A stretch of 64,000 nucleotides of DNA from an uncultured bacterium. Its GTDB lineage: Bacteria > Verrucomicrobiota > Verrucomicrobiia > Limisphaerales > UBA8199. The position numbers and the translations under genes are program-made. The notes under the pieces were generated by a model that was not told the DNA's origin, did no database searches, and saw only the letters and a program-made list of their open reading frames with translations. Position 1 is the stretch's first letter. Each line of letters begins with the position of its first letter. Location: contig CAVVMW010000014.1 of the NCBI GenBank assembly GCA_963749495.1, positions 128,001-192,000 of the forward strand, read 5' to 3'. Shown here piece after piece: positions 11,086 to 23,083 of the stretch.

Positions 11086-11223
11086 ATGAACGACGTTTTG
11101 GCGTCCCGGTCACGCACCGCCGGCTCCGTCCTGCACTCGCGGAATTCTGTCCTGCGCCCAGGCGGGGTTCGGCCGCGCTTTGCTCATTGTCATGTGGCGA
11201 GTGGCGGCATAGTTTTGCCGCGC

Positions 11224-14200
11224 ATGCCCACGAAGCGTTTTCATGTCGGGACGGTTCAGGCCGCGCTCAGGAGCGTTGCCTCGGCGTTCTTGCTGCTCCT
11301 GGGGTTGCCGGCGCCGGCTGCCGAGCCGCCCAATGCCGAATACATCTCGGATTCCCTTTCGGGCCGTATCGTTTCCGTGACGCAGCAATGGGGCGAGTTG
11401 GGATTGAACACGGCGGTCAAGCAGGCGGACCGCCCGGCCATGAAGCTCCGGATCAAAGACAAGGAATATGAGCACGGCCTAGGCCATCACGCCAATGGCG
11501 AGATCGTGCTGGACCTGAGCGGCCAGTTCGAGACCTTCCAGGCCGATCTGGGCGTTCAATGGCTGGGCGGCCAGAATGTGGGCTCAGTCGTGTTTCAAAT
11601 CTTTGTGGACGACAGGAAGGTTTTTGATTCGGGCATTGTCCGCGAAGGCGACGGACCGCGCCCGGTCTCGATCCCGGTCCTGGACGGGGAGGAGCTGCGG
11701 TTGGTGGCCGGGGACGCCGGCGATGGGATTACGTGTGATTGCGCCGATTGGGCCAACGCCCGGCTGGTGCGCAACCCGGCCGCCGCAAGCCGCCCTGCCC
11801 TGGCCGGCTTCGACATCGCCCCTTTCGCCCGGGTCGTCAGCTTCGATCCCAACGTCGCAGGCGGGACCAAGTCCAGCCGAGTCGAGGAGATCCCGGCGGC
11901 AGACCTCTTTCCGGCCAGGGAACTCGAGCCTGGCCCGGACGGGACCTACCTGGTGCCTGTCAGATCTCAAATCAAAGGTCTCGGGACGCCAGGGGCGAGG
12001 GGCGAGGGGCGAGGGGCGGAGATCCGTTCCCCCGACCCTCGACCCTCGACCCTCCAGACCGGCTGCATCGGCCTGGAATGGGCGGAAAACCGGCGCTTGC
12101 GCCAATTGGCCTTGGAGTTCGCGGACGGCGCCGCCCCGCCTCGGGTCGAGTCCATCCGGCTAGAGACCTGGACGGGGGAATCGGCCTGGCAGGGCAAATG
12201 GCAGCCCTGCGGGGTCGCACCGCAGAACGTGGAGAACCGCTTGGTCTGGACGCTCACTGGTCAAGGGGCCACACAGAAGGTGCGCTGGATATTTGGCGAC
12301 GTCCGGGAACCGCTCGCGCTCAATGGTCTCTGGGCCTTTTCGCGCTCGCGCTGGAAACCGGTTGAGGTCCGCATCGAACCCACGGAGCCGGGGCGGCCCC
12401 GCCGAGCCGGCATCGAGGTCTATAACGGCATGCTGGTCGAGCCGCCCCAGGGGCTCGCCTTACCGTTGCGAGTGGGATGGCTCGAAGCCGCTCCTGCTCA
12501 AGGTGCAGTCCAGTGTTGCCCAGCCATACAAAGCGGACCGGACAGTCCTGCGGTTTCAGTTCCCTGAGACCGCTTTCGGGGGGGCGCATCCCGACACAGC
12601 CCCCAGCGCCGGGGTCCAGACCGGAGTGCGCCCGTCCCCGGGCGCAGCGGCGTCCGGAGCCGCGGCAGCGGTCAAACACTCCAGCGCGCCTGACCGCTCC
12701 GTCGCTGCTGCGCCCGGGGACGGGCGCACTCCGGGGGCAGTATCAGGATGCGCCGCTTTCGGGGTCGCCGTCGAGGACCTGCTTTCCAATGACTGCGTTT
12801 ATGTGCCTCATGCGGGCCTGTTTGTCACGCGGCTCCCGGCGCCAGTGAGCCTGGGCCAGTACCTAGAACGAATTGCCTCGACCAAGAGTGTCCTGGACGA
12901 CGTGCGCAGCAGACCGGACCAGGAGTTTCACAAGGCCTGGACGGCGGTCCATCTGCCTTTCGAGGACCTGGAACCGACCATGCTTTCGCTCGCGTATGAT
13001 AATCGCAAATTCATTGTCCGCCGCAACGGCGCGCTGGGCTTCGAGGAATACGAGCACCCGGACGATGCGCCCCTGCCGCCACCCGGAGGCAACTGGCTGG
13101 CCGCCTCGCAGTGGCAGCTTGTGCCGCGGTTCGGCAGCGGCACCAACCAGCAGGTCACCCGCCATCTGTGTGGCGGCTGGCTGCCGATGCCGCAGACCAC
13201 GATCACCGAAGCAAACCTGGCCTGCTGCCAGACCACTTATGTCGCCCCAGTGGGCAAGGGCACATTGTCCACCGGCGGCGTGCTACCCGGAGAGCGCAAT
13301 GGGGCACAGCACCTGACCCCTCACCCCGGCCCTCTCCCCATCGGATGGGGAGAGGGAGAGGAGCGGTCACCATCCGATCCGTCATATACCGCGGACCGAT
13401 CACTAACTCCGCCGAATGATTGGGCGGCGTGCGTGGTCGAGTACGCGATCACCAACGCCGGGACATCACCTGCCGAGGCCCGCCTCTGCCTGAGCCTGGT
13501 TCCAGGCCGCGAGCCCAAGCGAACGGCCCGGTTCCAGGAGATACCTGAAGGGCTGTTGGTGACCAGCGGCGAGCGCGTGCTGGCGGTCGTGAACAATTGC
13601 CAGGCAGCGCCGTTAAGCTTGAAACAGGAACCGAAGGGTCTGGTCTTGTCCGGCCGCCTGGCCGGCGGAGCCGGCGCGCGCTGCACGGTGTTCATCCCTG
13701 CCTGGAAGGTCGGCGCCGCATTTTGCAGAGCGAATTCGAAGGCGCTCTCGACGAACGCGGCCGAGGTGTATTGGCGAGTGTTCCTGGAGCCCGCGATGCA
13801 GGTCGAGACCCCGGACGCCCTCTGGAACGACCTGGTCCGGGCCTCGCAGGTCCATTGCGCCATTGCCGCCCGGAACGAGGAGCGCGGCGCCCGGATAGCG
13901 CCCTGGATAGCGTCCGCCTCTTACGGGCCGCTGGAGAGCGAGGCCAACTCGATCATTCGGGGGATGGACATGAACGGGCACGCGGATTTCGCCCGGCGCA
14001 GCCTCGAGTACTTCCTGCGCAAACGCAACGCGGCCGGGTTCATCACCACGGGCTACACGCTGGTGGGGACCGGGGAATTCCTCTGGACGCTGGGCGAGCA
14101 CTGCCAGCGGGCGGGCGACGGTGAGTGGTTGCGGAGAATCGCGCCCGAGGTCGTGCCGATCTGCCAATGGGTCATCCGCCAGCGGACCAAGACAAAACAG

Positions 14201-15277
14201 CTCGATCTCCATGGCCACAAGGTCCCCGAGTACGGCTTGATGCCGCCCGGAGTAACGGCGGATTGGGGGCGATTCGCTTATCGTTTCTTCAATGACGCCC
14301 AGTACTGCGCGGGCTTGGAGATGGCCGGGCGGGCGCTGGCCGGCATTGGCGAGCCGGCGGCGGGGGCCATTCTCGAAGAGGCGCGGCAATACCGCGAGGA
14401 CCTCGTCGGGGCCTTTCACTGGACCCAGTCCCGGGCCCCGGTCGTTCCGCTGGCCAACGGGACCTGGGTTCCGGCCGACCCGGCAATCCTGGGTTGCTTC
14501 GGACGCGTCGAGGAGTTCCTGCCCGGCGAAGATGGCGGCCGGACCTGGTGTTACAGCATCGAGGCCGGCGCCCATCACCTGGCAGCCAACGGCATTCTGG
14601 ACGCGGCGTCACGCGACGTGGCCTGGATGATCGACTACCTGGAGGACGTCCAATTCCTCCGCTCCGGCTGGCCCGACTATCCCGAAGCCGCCAACCGGCG
14701 CGACCCCTTCAATCTCGGCGGCTTTGCCAAGCTCCAGCCTTACTACTGCCGCATCGCCGAGGTGTACGCGCTGCGCGACGAGGTCAAACCGTTCATCCGC
14801 TCCGCTTTCAACGCCGTTCCCTCGCTGCTCAATCTCGAGAACCTTTCCTTTTGCGAGCACTTCCATAACTATGGCGCCTGGAACAAAACCCACGAGACCG
14901 GCTGGTTCCTCTGCCAGGCCGCGACGATGTTCGTGATGGAACGTGGCGACGAATTGTGGCTGGCTCCCTTCGTGCCAAGCCATTGGCTCCAAGACGGGAT
15001 GACAGTCCGCGTGCGCAATGCGCCGACGCGGTTCGGGAAGGCCGGCTTTGTCCTGCAATACTCGGCCGCCAAGGCAGCCATCGAGGCCCGCCTGCAGTTG
15101 CCAGCCCAAACCACGGCCCGCAAGGTCGTGCTCAGGCTGCGCCATCCCCAGGGAAAACCGATGCTATCGGTCACCGTCCAAGGCAAACCGCACACGGACT
15201 TCGATCCCCGGAGAGAAACCATTACCCTGGCGCCGGGGAACGGGGAAGTGGTGGTGAGGGCCGCCTATGCGGAATGA
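11224..15277 (+). CDS. Large secreted glycosidase-like protein: NPCBM/NEW2 domain plus C-terminal six-hairpin-like domain (frameshift near 12450)
   Basis: Signal peptide; YEHGLGHHANGEIVLDLSGQFETFQADLGV...SVVFQIFVD...DCADWANARL (NPCBM); C-terminal LWLAPFVP...RNAPTRFG. Confidence 0.7.
12583..12754. mobile_element. MITE inserted in frame in the glycosidase gene
   Basis: 21-bp TIRs (18/21 match), about 28-bp inner inverted repeat, flanking GCTTTCGGGG direct repeat 183 nt apart. Confidence 0.8.
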
Positions 15278-15370
15278 CGAATGACGAATGACGAATGACG
15301 AATGACGAAAATGGGGCCGAGAGGCCTCCGGTTTCCTCATTCGTCATTCGTCATTCGTCATTCGTCATTC
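15273..15370. repeat. Inverted heptamer arrays (AATGACG)n/(CGTCATT)n between convergent genes
   Basis: Read directly; the arrays overlap both stop codons. Confidence 0.9.
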
Positions 15371-16554
15371 CTTCCCGCGCCTGGGTCCGAGGGGAGAGTG
15401 AAGTAAAAGGTGGCGCCCTGGCCGGGCTGGCTGGCGGCCCAGACCCGGCCGCCGTGGCCTTGGACGATGTGTTTGACAATCGCGAGGCCCAGCCCGGTGC
15501 CGCCCTGCTCGCGCGAACGCGCTTTGTTGACGCGATAGAACCTCTCGAAAAGGCGGTTCAGCGACTCCGGCGGAATGCCCTGTCCGTCATCATGCACGCA
15601 GACCTCGACCTGTCCGGCTTCATTGACGCGTCCGCCAACCTTGACCTGGCCGCCGGCGCGGCCGTACTTGATGGCATTGTCCACCAGGTTGCCCAGGACC
15701 TGCTCGACCCGGCCGGGATCGGCGGAAACGCCGAGTTCGGGGACGGCGTCGAGCAACTGGATGGCCTTGTCCTCCGCGCGAGACTTGAAATCGCCAAGCA
15801 CCTTCTGGACCACGGAACGCAGCGAAATGGGCTCGAGGCGGAGCTTGACGCGCCCGGATTCGAGTTCCGAGATGACGAGCAAGTCCTCAATGAGGGAACG
15901 CAGGCGCGCGGCGTTGCGCTCGATGGTTTCGAGGAACTTGACGGCAACGTCCGGGTTGTCCTTGGCGCCATCGAGCAGCGTTTCGACGTAGCCCTGGATG
16001 AGGGACAGGGGCGTGCGCAGTTCATGGCTCACGTTGGCGACGAAGTCCTTGCGCACGTTCTCCAGTTCCTTGAGGCGGGTCAAGTCGTGGAAGACCAGGA
16101 TGGCTCCGTGGCGCTGGCCCAGCCCGTTGAAGATGGCGGCGCCGTTGACCTGGAGCCAGCGCTCGGTGGGCCGGGAGAGGTGCAACTCGGCGCCGAGCAC
16201 CTGCGGCCGAGTGTCCAGCGAGGCGGCCAGGTCGGCCACTTCGTGCAGGCGCAGGGCCTCCAGGAGCGTGCGCGAGCGAACGTCCGTGGCCAGGCCGAAC
16301 AACTCGGTGAAGGCGCGGTTGGCCAGCAGGATTCGCCCGCGCTCGTCCAGGACCACCAGGCCCTCGACCATGCTGTTGAACAGGGCCTCCTGCTGGGTCT
16401 TGAATTCAATGGCGACCCGCTTCTGGTCGTCCTGGACCTTGCGGATTTCCTCACCAGCCGCCCGCCGGCCCCGCAGCCACCTGGCCCGCCACCACAAGTG
16501 CAGGGCCGCCATCGCGGCCAGGCAGAGGAGCAAAGTCACGAGCGCCGGTATCAT
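15358..16554 (-). CDS. phoR: PAS sensor histidine kinase, PhoR-like
   Basis: DFVANVSHELRTPL, NLVDNAIKY, ERFYRVNKARSREQGGTGLGLAIVKH. Confidence 0.8.
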   Translation of the reverse strand: MIPALVTLLLCLAAMAALHLWWRARWLRGRRAAGEEIRKVQDDQKRVAIEFKTQQEALFNSMVEGLVVLDERGRILLANRAFTELFGLATDVRSRTLLEALRLHEVADLAASLDTRPQVLGAELHLSRPTERWLQVNGAAIFNGLGQRHGAILVFHDLTRLKELENVRKDFVANVSHELRTPLSLIQGYVETLLDGAKDNPDVAVKFLETIERNAARLRSLIEDLLVISELESGRVKLRLEPISLRSVVQKVLGDFKSRAEDKAIQLLDAVPELGVSADPGRVEQVLGNLVDNAIKYGRAGGQVKVGGRVNEAGQVEVCVHDDGQGIPPESLNRLFERFYRVNKARSREQGGTGLGLAIVKHIVQGHGGRVWAASQPGQGATFYFTLPSDPGAGRNDE

Positions 16555-16585
16555 ACCACTCCACAGGAATGCTCTACGCAGGCTG

Positions 16586-16796
16586 CGTCGCGTAGCGACA
16601 CACTGAAGGTAGCCGTGGACTTCCAGTCCACGGTCTGGAACGTCGGAAGAGGCGCGCGTCGCGTAGCGACGCCTGATGACTTCGCGCTGCCCAATGGAAT
16701 CCTGTTTTCAGGCGTCGCTGCGCAACGCAAACAATGTCCGACCTTGGATCCGTGGACTGGAAGTCCACGGCTACCTTCGAGCACCGCTACGCGGTG
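16586..16796. repeat. REP/MITE-like palindromic element inside the two-component operon
   Basis: ggtagccgtggacttccagtccacgg ... ccgtggactggaagtccacggctacc inverted pair, plus gtcgcgtagcgac hairpins. Confidence 0.75.
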
Positions 16797-16877
16797 ACAT
16801 GGGCCTGCGCCTGGCTGAATTTCGCAAAATCCGTGTCCATCCGTGTCCATCCGTGGTTCTCCTCCCGCGCAGGCGCC

Positions 16878-17580
16878 TCAGGCCTCGATGAACCGGTAGC
16901 CGACGCCGCGCACCGTGTCGAGGTATTTGGCGGCGGGGCCGAGCTTTTCTCGCAAGCGGCGCATGTGAGTGTCAACGGTGCGGGTATCAATGAGGCTGTT
17001 GTATTCCCAAACATCGCGCAAGAGTTGCTCGCGAGATTGGACCCGCCCGCGGCGCTGGGCCAGGATGCTCAGGAGCTTGAATTCGGTGGCCGTCAGGTCG
17101 ACCTGGACGCCGCGCCAGCTCACCAGGTGGCGCGGGGTATCGATGAGCAGGTTGCCGATCTCGATGGTAGCCGGCTCTTCGGCTGCCGCACGGCCGCGCT
17201 GGAGGATCTTCCTGATGCGCAGGACCAGCTCCCGGGGGCTGAACGGCTTGGTGATATAATCGTCGGCCCCCAGTTCGAGGCCCAGGACGCGGTCAATCTC
17301 GGCGGCTTTGGCCGTGACCATGACGATCGGCACCGCCGCCGTGGCGGGGTCGCGGCGAATCATCTTGCAGACCTCCAAGCCGTCAACCTCGGGGAGCATC
17401 AGGTCCAATACGATCAAGCTCGGCAGCAGCGCGTGCGCCTTCTTGAGGGCCTCGGCCCCGTCCGTCGCAGTCAGGACGTTCGAACCCGGCCTGTCGGAGG
17501 TTGAACTCGACCAACTCGACTGCCTCGGGTTCGTCATCGACCACAAGGATTTTCGGTCTCACGCCCGATAGCAATAACAT
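16878..17580 (-). CDS. OmpR/PhoB-family response regulator (frameshift near 17480)
   Basis: KILVVDDE, LDLMLP, GADDYITKPFSPREL, RTVDTHMRRLREKL, TVRGVGY. Confidence 0.88.
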
Positions 17581-17649
17581 GGCTGCAGGCCGGCGACAAT
17601 GCCGGGTTTGTGACAGCCGGGTGACGATTGGGCAACGGTTGGCCGCGGA

Positions 17650-18984
17650 TCAAGCCAGGCCCTTCATCTGCCATCCGGCGCGGTACTGGCGGCGGATGAA
17701 CTGGTTGGCCTCCGCCAGGTCGAACTGGAGCTTGAGAGCGTCCCACTTGAGGGTGGTCTGCGGAAAACGGGAGGCGACGCCGCCCAGCAGGACGGTCTCG
17801 GTGAGCGGCCCGGAATAGTTGAAGCTCGCGCTGGTGGGACCATGCCCGAGGCAGGCGCCGACAAACTCGCCCCAATGATTGCCGGGGGAGATGTCCGGGT
17901 GCTTGAGGCCGTTGAACTTCTCGTCCGGATAGAGCAGGGGCCAGGCGCCATGGGGCAGGACCAGCGCCCCGCCGGCGCCGATGAAGATCGAGCCGGCGCC
18001 GGGCAGCGGGTGGCCCTCGGACAAGGCCAGCACGTCGGGCGAGGGCTTCTGGGCCCCGTCATACCAGGTCAGACCGAGCGTTTTGTCCGCGGTGAACGGG
18101 GTGCCCTCGAAGACGTAATGGACGCGGGAGTTCAGGCCCAGTTCCACTGGTTGGGGGCGGGGCCTTCGGAGCGGACGGAGACCGGCTCGCGCAGGTGGAG
18201 CGCCTCGAAGACCGGATCGAACAGGTGGCAGGCCATGTCGCCGAAGGTGCCGGTGCCGAAATCGAGGCGTTTGCGCCAGTTTGCCGGATGATAATAGGCC
18301 TCGCCGATGAAGGGGCGGGGCGAGCAGACCCCCAGCCAGAGGTCCCAGTTGAAATCAACGGGGACTGGGTCTTGGCGGGTCGGACGCGGGTCGGGATCGC
18401 CCCAGGATTTCGGGCACCAGCAATGGACTTCTTTGACCTTGCCGATGGCGCCGGCCTGAACGAGCAGGGCGGCCGAGCGGGTACTGGGCCGTGGCGTGAA
18501 CCTGGATACCCATCTGGGTGGCCAGCCTCTTGCGCGCGGCATACTCGGTCAGCCTGCGGACTTCGTGGAGGTCGTGGGCGAGCGGCTTTTGCGCATAGAC
18601 GTGCTTGCCCATCTGCATCGCCGCCAGGGCCATGACCGCGTGTACGTGATCGGGGGTGGACACGTTCACCGAATCGATGCTCTTTTCCTCGACATCCAGC
18701 ATCTGGCGCCAGTCCTGGTATATCCGGGCATCGGGAAACCGCTTGCGGACCGCGCCCATGGGGAGCATGTCCACGTCGGCCACGGCCACCAACTCGACTT
18801 CCTTGAACCGGGTCAACTCGTTGATGTCGAGCCAGGCCATCCCGCCGGCCCCGAAGCTGGCATGGCGCAGCAGCCCGCTGGGCGGACGCGCGATGAGATC
18901 GCGCGTGACGAACGGGGCGGCCAGGACGGACGCCCCGAGCCTCTTGAGGAAGCAACGGCGGCTCACCGAGGGCGAAGCTCTCAT
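17650..18984 (-). CDS. Tat-exported Gfo/Idh/MocA oxidoreductase (two apparent frameshifts)
   Basis: SRRCFLK twin-arginine motif, GAGGM, STPDHVH, KHVYAQKPL, GTFGDMACH across ORFs 18355-19032, 18132-18542 and 17650-18147. Confidence 0.85.
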
Positions 18985-19031
18985 AAAGCTGGGCGCGCAG
19001 CGGCCGCAACACAGTACAGCAACATGCCGCA

Positions 19032-19331
19032 AAAGAAGCAGAAAGGCCCAGGGCGGTCAATCGGAAACCACGGCACCCAAATGCTTGGAAGAGTTCAACC
19101 ACGGAATACAGAATACACGGAAAAAGGCCCCCCTTCCGTGTATTCCGGTTTTCCGGAAGGAGGCAAAATCATTTCTGGCAGAATCATAAGAGAACTCTCT
19201 TCTTAATGATTCTGCCAACAATGATTTTGCTTCCTTCCGCGCCTTCGTCCCAAAATCACTTGTTCCGTGGTTAAATCTCGATTGGCATGAAACACCAGGC
19301 GGTCCCATTTTGCCGGTCCTCCGTGCCGCGC
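19032..19331. repeat. Composite dispersed repeat, copy 1 (contains an extra nested hairpin)
   Basis: Both ends match 22687-22878. Confidence 0.8.
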
Positions 19332-19334
19332 CGA

Positions 19335-19632
19335 ATTCAAGGCCGACTGGATTGGCCTGATCTTTCTGCGCAACCTGGCCCTGCTTTGGCTGGTCAGCGG
19401 GGGCTGGCACCTGCTGCTGTACACCCTGAGAGTGCAAGGAACAGAGCGGAAGTACGACCCGCGATGGCAGAGCGTCAATGACTCCTTCCACTACCTGCAC
19501 CACCGTTACTTCAACTGCAGCTACGGCGAAGCCACGCTCCCGCTGGATCGGCTGTTTGGAACTTTTCGCGAGCGGCTCTTCGAGGAACCGGGGTCCAAGC
19601 CGGGTGGTGGTTCGCGAGGCCCCAGCAGTTGA
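19335..19632 (+). pseudogene. Sterol desaturase/fatty-acid hydroxylase fragment
   Basis: FHYLHHRYFNCSYG...PLDRLFGTF (C-terminal His box); the rest of the gene is missing. Confidence 0.65.
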
Positions 19633-19672
19633 GCGCTTGCTTCGTGACTGCGAGCGCGGCAGATTGATCCCG

Positions 19673-22671
19673 ATGAAACGACCTCCGAACACAAGCGCCT
19701 TCGCGGCGTTTCTCTTGGTCCTGCCCAATCTTGTCTTTTGCCAAGGCATCCTGCCACCTGACCCAAACGAACCGGCAGGCGAACGCCCCTATGAGATGGT
19801 CTGGGCCAATCGCACCGAACCGGCGGGGCCGGCCGTTCGCTTCGACCAACTCACCGGCTGGAAACTGGAGCTCGAAAACGGCGCGCAGGCCACCCTCCAG
19901 GCCACCCGCGCTCAGAACCTGTGGAACCGCCCCGTCGGGCGGTTGCGCTACCGCGGCGATGGCAAAAGCGAAACCAAACCGCGCATACTGCTGGTCCCAC
20001 CGCAACCGATTCCGCTTTCGGAAGGCGCCGATTCCGTGGATATATGGCTTTATGGCAATCGGTGGGGCTGGGAAAACCCGCCGGGCACCCCGCCCGTTCG
20101 CATCGCACTCCACTTGCGCGATGGCGCCGGCAACGCGCACGAGCTTCATGTGGACGATGTGCGCTGGCAGGAATGGTGGCTGATGCACAAAAAGCTCCCG
20201 GCATCCCTGCCGACTCCGCTGCGCCTGGAGTGCCTTGAAGTAGCCGGCGGCTGGCAGGCCGAGTGGCGTGAGATTTTTTTCGACTCCATCCGATTTTACC
20301 GGGAAGATCTGGCTGCCCTGGGATTCGCGCCCCGCCCCAGGCGCAACCTGCGGCTGCCCGAGGGCCAGTCGTTGGGCGCGAACGCGGGCCCGGGTCAGCT
20401 CCCTTTCCCCACTCGAGAAACAACCATCTTGCCGGCCCATTTCGGAGGCAAATACAGCAACGGGATCAGGGATTCCGGGTCAGGCCGGTGCTCCTTCGAC
20501 TATCGTGGAAAGGATGCTTCGATTACCTATTCCTTTGACCCGGCCCAAGGCCTGGGCAGCCTCGGAGCCTGGGTTAACGGCGAAATGAGCGCGCGGTTGC
20601 TCGAGGGTGCATCCCTTAAAGTCCGCGATGCGCCGACGAACTCGAGGCTGACCTCAGTGAAACGCCAGGGCAAAATGGTCATTGCCGAGTACAGCGATGG
20701 CACGAAGGTCCAGTTGCAAATCTGGCAAAAGTCACTGGTGGTGGATGTGTCCAACGCCACCGGCCAGGCCACGGAACTGAGTTTCGGACAACTCTCCGGC
20801 CTGAGCGAACCACGCTTGATTCCGATCCCTTATCTGACATACGGCGGTGGCGCCCGTCCCTGCGCGCTGCTTTCCCGCGCCGGCACCAACCACGTTTTCA
20901 CCAGTCTATGGCTCGATTGGTATCGCTCGAATGGCTCCGAGCCTTTTGCCGCCGAGTCCGTCACCGCGCACACCGCTCGCATCAATGGCGGCATCCGCTA
21001 CCACGCGCGGACCGATGGCACACGTAACCCGGTTTTCGAGCGCCTCTTTATCACCGTGTCCCCCAAATTCGAGGAGACCCTCCCGACCGTGCCTAACCCG
21101 GTTCGGCTCCACGCCCAGGAGGCGGTGGACCGCCTGTGGCAGGAATCCTGGGGGCCGGATGATTACGAAAAGCAGATGGTGCGCAGCCGCATGCTGCGCG
21201 CGTACGGGTCGAGAAGCTCATCCAGTGCAATCACGAAATCGCCTGGCGCGACGGCGGCGAGAGCTTCACGCTGCGCACCCGCGCGGCGCCCAGGAAGGGC
21301 GGCGATGCCGCGCTGCAACGCTACGTGAGCCACCAGCGAGGGCTCGGCTGGCTGGAAGGATTGTACAGCAACTACACCGATTATGCGCCGGTCAACGAGT
21401 TCTGGAGCCCGGACGCAGTCCAACGCCAGTCCGACGGCAACTGGCGCAGTGCCTGGCCGCGCTGCTGGGCCGAGAAGCCGCTCAAAGCCGTCGAATTCGA
21501 CGCCTTGCTCGCCCCGCAGATCAAATCCAAGTTCCACCCCAACAGCGCCTACACGGACGTGCAGACGGCGGTCGCCCCTTGGGGCTACAACGACTACGAC
21601 GCGCGGGTGCCGGGGGCAGGCACGTTCGCCCAAACGTTCTATGCTTACGGCGAGTTGCTGCGCAATGATTCGCGCGTGTATGAGGGCCCGATCTTTTCCG
21701 AAGGCACTTACCACTGGCTTTATGCCGGGTTGGCGGACGGCAACTATGCCCTGGCCTATGATGGCCATCCGCTGGCCAAAGAGCCGCTCATGCCCGTATT
21801 CGACCTCTGCCAAATCCATTCCAAAGAGTGCGACATCGGCATGGGCTGGACGGCCAACTTTTGCGATGCCATTGCGGACTGGCGGAAGCCGGAGAACCTG
21901 GACGGGGCCATCGATCGGTTCCTCCTTCACACGCTGGCCTACGGACATATCGGCTGGCTGGTGGAGGAAGAGCACGGCATCAGCCGCACCTGCCGCTCCT
22001 ATTACATGCTGCAGCAGGTGCAGGCGCGATACGGCCTCAAGACGCCCGCGCGGATTGCGTATTGGGACGGCGCCCAACTCGTCGGCGTCTCCGAGGCGCT
22101 TATCCGCGACCTCCCGCGCACGCGCCGTCAATTGTTCGTTGAATACCCAGGCGGCTTGCAGCTCTGGTTGAACGATCACCCGGCCGAGACCTGGCGGCTT
22201 CCCCCACTGCACGGCGCAGGGCGAAAGCGCCCAGGTGCGGGGCTTGACCTGGAGGGGCGCAGACTCGAACTGCCGCCCGCCGGCTGGGCCGCATTCACCC
22301 CGAACCACCAACTCTACAGCTTCTCAGCCCTCAAGGGCACGCACCGCGTCGATTACCTCCGCAGCCCGGACTACACTTACCTCGATGGGCGCGGCCACTG
22401 GTTCGATGCCCCGGAGGCTGCCTCCGACGGGGCCTTGGCGATTAAGCCTCTCGGGAAAAACCAGTTGAAGATCACTCACATTTCCGGCGCAGCGCCATTC
22501 GTTATTCGACGGCCATACAAGATGCCGGGTGCGTGCGTCGCGAGCGAGACGTATGATGCCGAGGGGAAATCGCTCCCGAGGCCCGACTGGCAGGACATCG
22601 GCGCCGAAACGCACCTCAAACCGCAGGACAAAGCCCTCACCTGGATTCTGACCTTCAGCCCGGGACACTGA
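19673..22671 (+). CDS. Large secreted hypothetical protein, probable glycoside hydrolase (frameshift near 21210)
   Basis: Signal peptide MKRPPNTSAFAAFLLVLP; catalytic-like C-terminal half LYSNYTDYAP...SAYTDVQTAVAPW...IFSEG. Confidence 0.55.
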
Positions 22672-22686
22672 CCGCCGGGCGTGGAC

Positions 22687-22878
22687 AAAGAAAGCAGAGA
22701 GGCTCAGCGCGGTCAATCGGAAACCACCGCACCCAAATCCTCACCTTGGAAGAGTTTTTGACCGCGGAATACGCGGAATACGCGGAAAAGAAAGGGCCTT
22801 CCGCGTATTCCGCGGTATTGAATCTCGATTGGCATGAAACATGAGGCGGTCCCATTTTGCTGGTCCTCCGTGCCGCGC
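22687..22878. repeat. Composite dispersed repeat, copy 2
   Basis: ggtcaatcggaaaccac...cacccaaat and aatctcgattggcatgaaaca...ggtcctccgtgccgcgc shared with 19032-19331. Confidence 0.8.
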
Positions 22879-22906
22879 TGCCAGCCCAGCGCCAACGGCG
22901 CGGCCT

Positions 22907-22950
22907 CAGAGGGTAAGGGAGTGGCCGCAAGGCCACTCCCTTACCCTCTG
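22907..22950. terminator. Perfect 20-bp hairpin with GCAA loop between convergent genes
   Basis: cagagggtaagggagtggcc-gcaa-ggccactcccttaccctctg; no U-tract. Confidence 0.5.
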
Positions 22951-23083
22951 AACGACGCCCTTGGCGTCTCAAACTGGCCGGCACTGCCTCGTGGGTGCCG
23001 CCTCGCGGGGATGCCGCCCTGGAAGGTCGTGCCATAGAGGTTCCCATCGTTGTCTTGCACCAGCCCGGCGTATGTATTGAGCC

